Shown here in pieces: positions 36,148 through 38,494 of a stretch of 38,494 nt of DNA (the first letter of the stretch is position 1; every line of letters starts with the position of its first letter). Location: NCBI GenBank assembly GCA_015486905.1, contig WFQV01000247.1:1-38494 (forward strand), given 5' to 3'. Under the pieces are notes generated by a model, which saw only the letters and a program-made list of their open reading frames with translations, was not told where the DNA came from and did no database searches. The DNA comes from Melioribacteraceae bacterium (GTDB taxonomy: Bacteria > Bacteroidota > Ignavibacteria > Ignavibacteriales > Melioribacteraceae). The translations under genes and the position numbers were made by a program.

Positions 36148-37134
36148 ATGAAATATGATAATTTGAAAGTTGTCGTTATCGGTACCGGCAGGTGGGGACT
36201 AAACCACGTGCGTACCGCAAGAGAAATTCTCGGTGAAAAATTCAATCTCGTTTGTGACGCATTAGAAACAAATAAGGAAAAAATCCGTGAAATTTCTCCG
36301 GACATCGCAATTGAAAAAGACACTGCCAAAATAGCGGCGGACAAATCAATTGATGCGGTAATAATTGCCACACCGGCGGAAACACATTTTGAAATTGCCG
36401 AGCTGATGCTAAATTCAGGGAAACACGTTTTTGTAGAAAAACCGATTACTTTAAATGTTAAAGACGCCGAAGAACTTCACAGACTTGCAACGGAGAAAAA
36501 ATTAAAACTAATGGTCGGACACATTCTGCTTTTCCATCCTGCCGTAAACAAAATGAAGGAAATAATTGAAAACGGCGAAATAGGTAAACTCGAATATCTT
36601 TACTCAAACAGGTTAAATTTAGGACGTGTACGACAGCAGGAAAACATCCTTTGGTCTTTTGCTCCGCACGATATTTCGGTTTTACAATATTTAATCGGCA
36701 AGGAACCGGTCGAAATTTACGCGCACGGCGGTAAATATCTCCAGGAAAATATTGAAGACACAACAATTACTTATTTAAAATATCCCGACAACATTGGAGC
36801 TCACATTTTTGTAAATTGGCTTCATCCTTTCAAAGAGCAAAGAATGGTAATAATCGGTTCAAAGGGAATGCTCGTATTCGAGGACAGTTTACCGGCGGAA
36901 AAATTAAAACTTTACCACAAGGATTACAAATTCGAGAACGGACTTCTTAAGGGAAAAGCGGAATACAAAGTTTTGGACTTTAATCCCCTACCCCCTTTGA
37001 AAGCCGAGCAAGAACACTTTTTTGACTCCATTTTAAACGACACAACACCCCTTGCAGACGGCAAACACGCAATTGAAGTGATGAGAATATTGGAAGAAGC
37101 AACAGAAAAATTAATCTTAAGTAGTAAGTCTTAA
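36148..37134 (+). CDS. Gfo/Idh/MocA-family NAD-dependent oxidoreductase, WbpB-like (UDP-sugar 3-dehydrogenase type)
   Basis: 328 aa. N-terminal Rossmann fold LKVVVIGTGRWGLNH, VIIATPAETHFEIAELMLNSGKHVFVEKP (the EKP motif). Gene context with a WbpD-like acetyltransferase and a WecB-like epimerase. Confidence 0.8.
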   Translation: MKYDNLKVVVIGTGRWGLNHVRTAREILGEKFNLVCDALETNKEKIREISPDIAIEKDTAKIAADKSIDAVIIATPAETHFEIAELMLNSGKHVFVEKPITLNVKDAEELHRLATEKKLKLMVGHILLFHPAVNKMKEIIENGEIGKLEYLYSNRLNLGRVRQQENILWSFAPHDISVLQYLIGKEPVEIYAHGGKYLQENIEDTTITYLKYPDNIGAHIFVNWLHPFKEQRMVIIGSKGMLVFEDSLPAEKLKLYHKDYKFENGLLKGKAEYKVLDFNPLPPLKAEQEHFFDSILNDTTPLADGKHAIEVMRILEEATEKLILSSKS

Positions 37135-37154
37135 GGAATAAACAATTAAAAATT

Positions 37155-37182
37155 TTGAATTTTGAATGTTGAATTATGAATG
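37155..37182 (+). repeat. Heptamer tandem repeat (TTGAATK x4) running into the start codon of the four-helix-bundle gene
   Basis: TTGAATT TTGAATG TTGAATT ATGAATG; the last unit contains the ATG at 37176. An inverted related tract GAATTCAAAATTAAAAATT (37547-37565) lies just after the gene's stop. Confidence 0.6.
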
Positions 37183-37538
37183 AAAAAGAAAATATTATAT
37201 TGGGAAAAAGTTTTCGCTTTTCTTTGAAAATCATTGAATTGTACAAACATTTATTAGAAGAAAAGGAATATGTAATTTCTAAGCAATTATTAAGAAGCGG
37301 GACAAGTATTGGTGCAAATGTAAATGAAGCAACCGCAGCACAAACAAAGAAAGATTTTGTAACCAAAATGTCAATAGCGAGTAAAGAGGCACGGGAAACT
37401 CAATATTGGCTTATGTTACTTAAAGAAAGCCAAATTATTAAAAAAAGCTACGATGAATATTTGACGGACATCAACGAGTTGATAAAAATACTCACAGCAA
37501 TTGTTAAAACAACACAAACAAATTTAAAAAATCATTAA
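37176..37538 (+). CDS. Four-helix-bundle protein (23S rRNA intervening-sequence protein family, PF05635; Avd-like)
   Basis: 120 aa. FRFSLKIIELYKHL...ISKQLLRSGTSIGANVNEATAAQTKKDFVTKMSIASKEARETQYWLMLL is the characteristic signature of this family. Confidence 0.9.
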   Translation: MNEKENIILGKSFRFSLKIIELYKHLLEEKEYVISKQLLRSGTSIGANVNEATAAQTKKDFVTKMSIASKEARETQYWLMLLKESQIIKKSYDEYLTDINELIKILTAIVKTTQTNLKNH

Positions 37539-37578
37539 ACATTAAGAATTCAAAATTAAAAATTAAAGGTAGAAAAAT

Positions 37579-38175
37579 ATGGAAGAAAAAAAATACTACG
37601 TTGACGAACACGCAGTAGTTGATGACAATGTCGAAATCGGCGAAGGAACTAAAATTTGGCATTTCACGCATGTTCAATCGGGTGCAAAAATCGGCAAGAA
37701 ATGCGTTCTGGGACAAAATGTGAATGTGGCAAATAATGTAACAATAGGTAATTTTGTGAAAATCCAAAACAACGTAAGTGTTTACGAGGGAGTAACGCTG
37801 GAAGATTACGTCTTCTGCGGTCCTTCAATGGTTTTCACCAATATTCTCGACCCGCGTAGTAAATATCCTCAAGTTGGAGCTCAATATTACATTAAAACGC
37901 TTGTGAAAGAAGGAGCAAGCCTCGGAGCAAATTCTACTATTGTTTGCGGACACACAATCGGGAAATATGCTCTGGTGGGAGCAGGTGCGGTTGTTACAAA
38001 AGACGTACCCGATTACGCTCTCGTGGTTGGTAATCCCGCTCGTGTAATAGGCTGGGTTTCCGAAGCGGGCAAGCGCCTTGATTTTGATGAAAACGGTTAC
38101 GCTTTCTGTGAAAAATCGGGAAGGAAGTACTATTTTGACGGTCAAAAAGTAACGGATGTTACCGAAGAGAAATAA
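37579..38175 (+). CDS. Left-handed beta-helix (hexapeptide) N-acetyltransferase, WbpD/WlbB-like
   Basis: 198 aa. [75 protein letters not shown]...[12 protein letters not shown], hexapeptide repeats and the WbpD-type layout. Confidence 0.85.
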   Translation: MEEKKYYVDEHAVVDDNVEIGEGTKIWHFTHVQSGAKIGKKCVLGQNVNVANNVTIGNFVKIQNNVSVYEGVTLEDYVFCGPSMVFTNILDPRSKYPQVGAQYYIKTLVKEGASLGANSTIVCGHTIGKYALVGAGAVVTKDVPDYALVVGNPARVIGWVSEAGKRLDFDENGYAFCEKSGRKYYFDGQKVTDVTEEK

Positions 38176-38240
38176 GAAAATAATTTTGCTAAAATTCAAA
38201 TAATGAATTATTTTTGACCTCTTGAAAATTTGAATTTTTA

Positions 38241-38285
38241 GGGCCCGTAGCTCAGTTGGTTAGAGCATCTGACTCATAATCAGAT
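38241..38285 (+). tRNA. tRNA(CAU) (Met or Ile2) 5' fragment: acceptor 5' strand, D-arm and anticodon arm only; T-arm and 3' acceptor strand absent
   Basis: GGGCCCG-TA-GCTC-AGTTGGTTA-GAGC-A-TCTGA-CTCATAA-TCAGA folds as a canonical 5' two-thirds, with anticodon CAT at 38275-38277. The following sequence (TTGATTCCTTTGATTTTTAGC...) has no GTTCRA T-loop and no complement to GGGCCCG anywhere up to the window end. Confidence 0.7.
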
Positions 38286-38494
38286 TGATTCCTTTGATTT
38301 TTAGCATTAAACAGCATTTCTCATCTGACTTCGTACAAAAGTACGTAAAAGAAAGAACTTTTTTTTAAAATGAGAAAAGCCAACCGGTAAATGTAAGGTG
38401 TTCGCAATACCTCTAAACCCGATTGACTTTCTCATATAATAAAACCTTATTTTAGCGAACTCTAACATTTGTGCAAACTTAATAATTCTAATAA

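Noticed and set aside
35988-36371. 127-aa minus-strand ORF
   Set aside because: Its 3' part translates the nested inverted repeat (..LKLSFRPRLDGGEIF), and its 5' part is antisense to the N-terminus of the well-supported Gfo/Idh/MocA oxidoreductase.
37176-37538. Diversity-generating retroelement (the four-helix-bundle protein as Avd)
   Set aside because: No reverse transcriptase gene and no template/variable repeat pair is visible in the window. The family also occurs widely outside DGRs.
36458-38199. Minus-strand ORFs (102, 128, 87 and 124 aa) overlapping the oxidoreductase, four-helix-bundle and acetyltransferase genes
   Set aside because: They are antisense to genes with clear family signatures, and their translations are low-complexity with no motifs.
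38433-38484. Leftward sigma-70-like promoter (TTGCAC-16 nt-TAAAAT) and a 43-codon ORF at the right edge
   Set aside because: The predicted start would leave only ~7 nt of leader with no Shine-Dalgarno sequence. The ORF is short and AT-driven, and the motif is easily produced by chance in AT-rich DNA.

Overview
AT-rich bacterial chromosomal window. The fla/che gene order resembles Firmicutes and spirochaetes, while a Bacteroidetes-type promoter motif, an IVS-protein cassette and a TonB-C protein suggest an FCB-group, possibly Ignavibacteria-like, organism; this taxon guess is low confidence.

Left ~23 kb, all on the minus strand and tightly packed with many overlapping stops and starts, is a motility supercluster. 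It starts with a chemotaxis module: TonB-C-like protein, MCP, HEAT-repeat protein, CheR, CheY-like receiver, CheY, CheZ-like phosphatase, CheA, CheB and an 83-aa ORF. The flagellar core follows: flgB, flgC, an unknown 79-aa ORF, fliE, fliF, fliG, fliH, fliI, fliJ, a YlxF/MotE-like gene, a long repeat-containing fliK, flgD, a flagellar operon protein and flgE. After a hairpin and a promoter-like gap come fliL and the 5' end of fliM, which runs off the window. No stand-alone cheW is present.

Right ~15 kb, on the plus strand and divergent from the che operon, is a mosaic glycan locus. Its first part has a WecB-family epimerase, a dehydratase-like SDR, a cupin epimerase and an RmlD-like reductase. 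These are followed by two very large multidomain enzymes: FkbM methyltransferase + CgeB-like GT + TPR (864 aa), and SAM-MT + GT2 + TPR/zinc ribbon + GT4 (1205 aa). The second part has a second WecB/WbpI-like epimerase, a WbpB-like oxidoreductase and a WbpD-like acetyltransferase.

The two parts are separated and flanked by decayed mobile or repeat DNA:
- a 3'-truncated RAYT/IS200-like HUH transposase remnant ending exactly at a 28-bp perfect palindrome
- a family of REP-like hairpins with compensatory stem changes
- 42-bp tandem repeats
- a ~168-nt nested inverted repeat
- a four-helix-bundle (23S rRNA IVS / Avd-like) gene wedged between wbpB-like and wbpD-like
- a tRNA(CAU) gene broken after the anticodon stem

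I see no recognisable defence system, CRISPR array or intact mobile element. The most unusual content is the repeat/RAYT junction, the giant cytoplasmic glycosyltransferase fusions next to the flagellar genes, and the atypical che-module composition.
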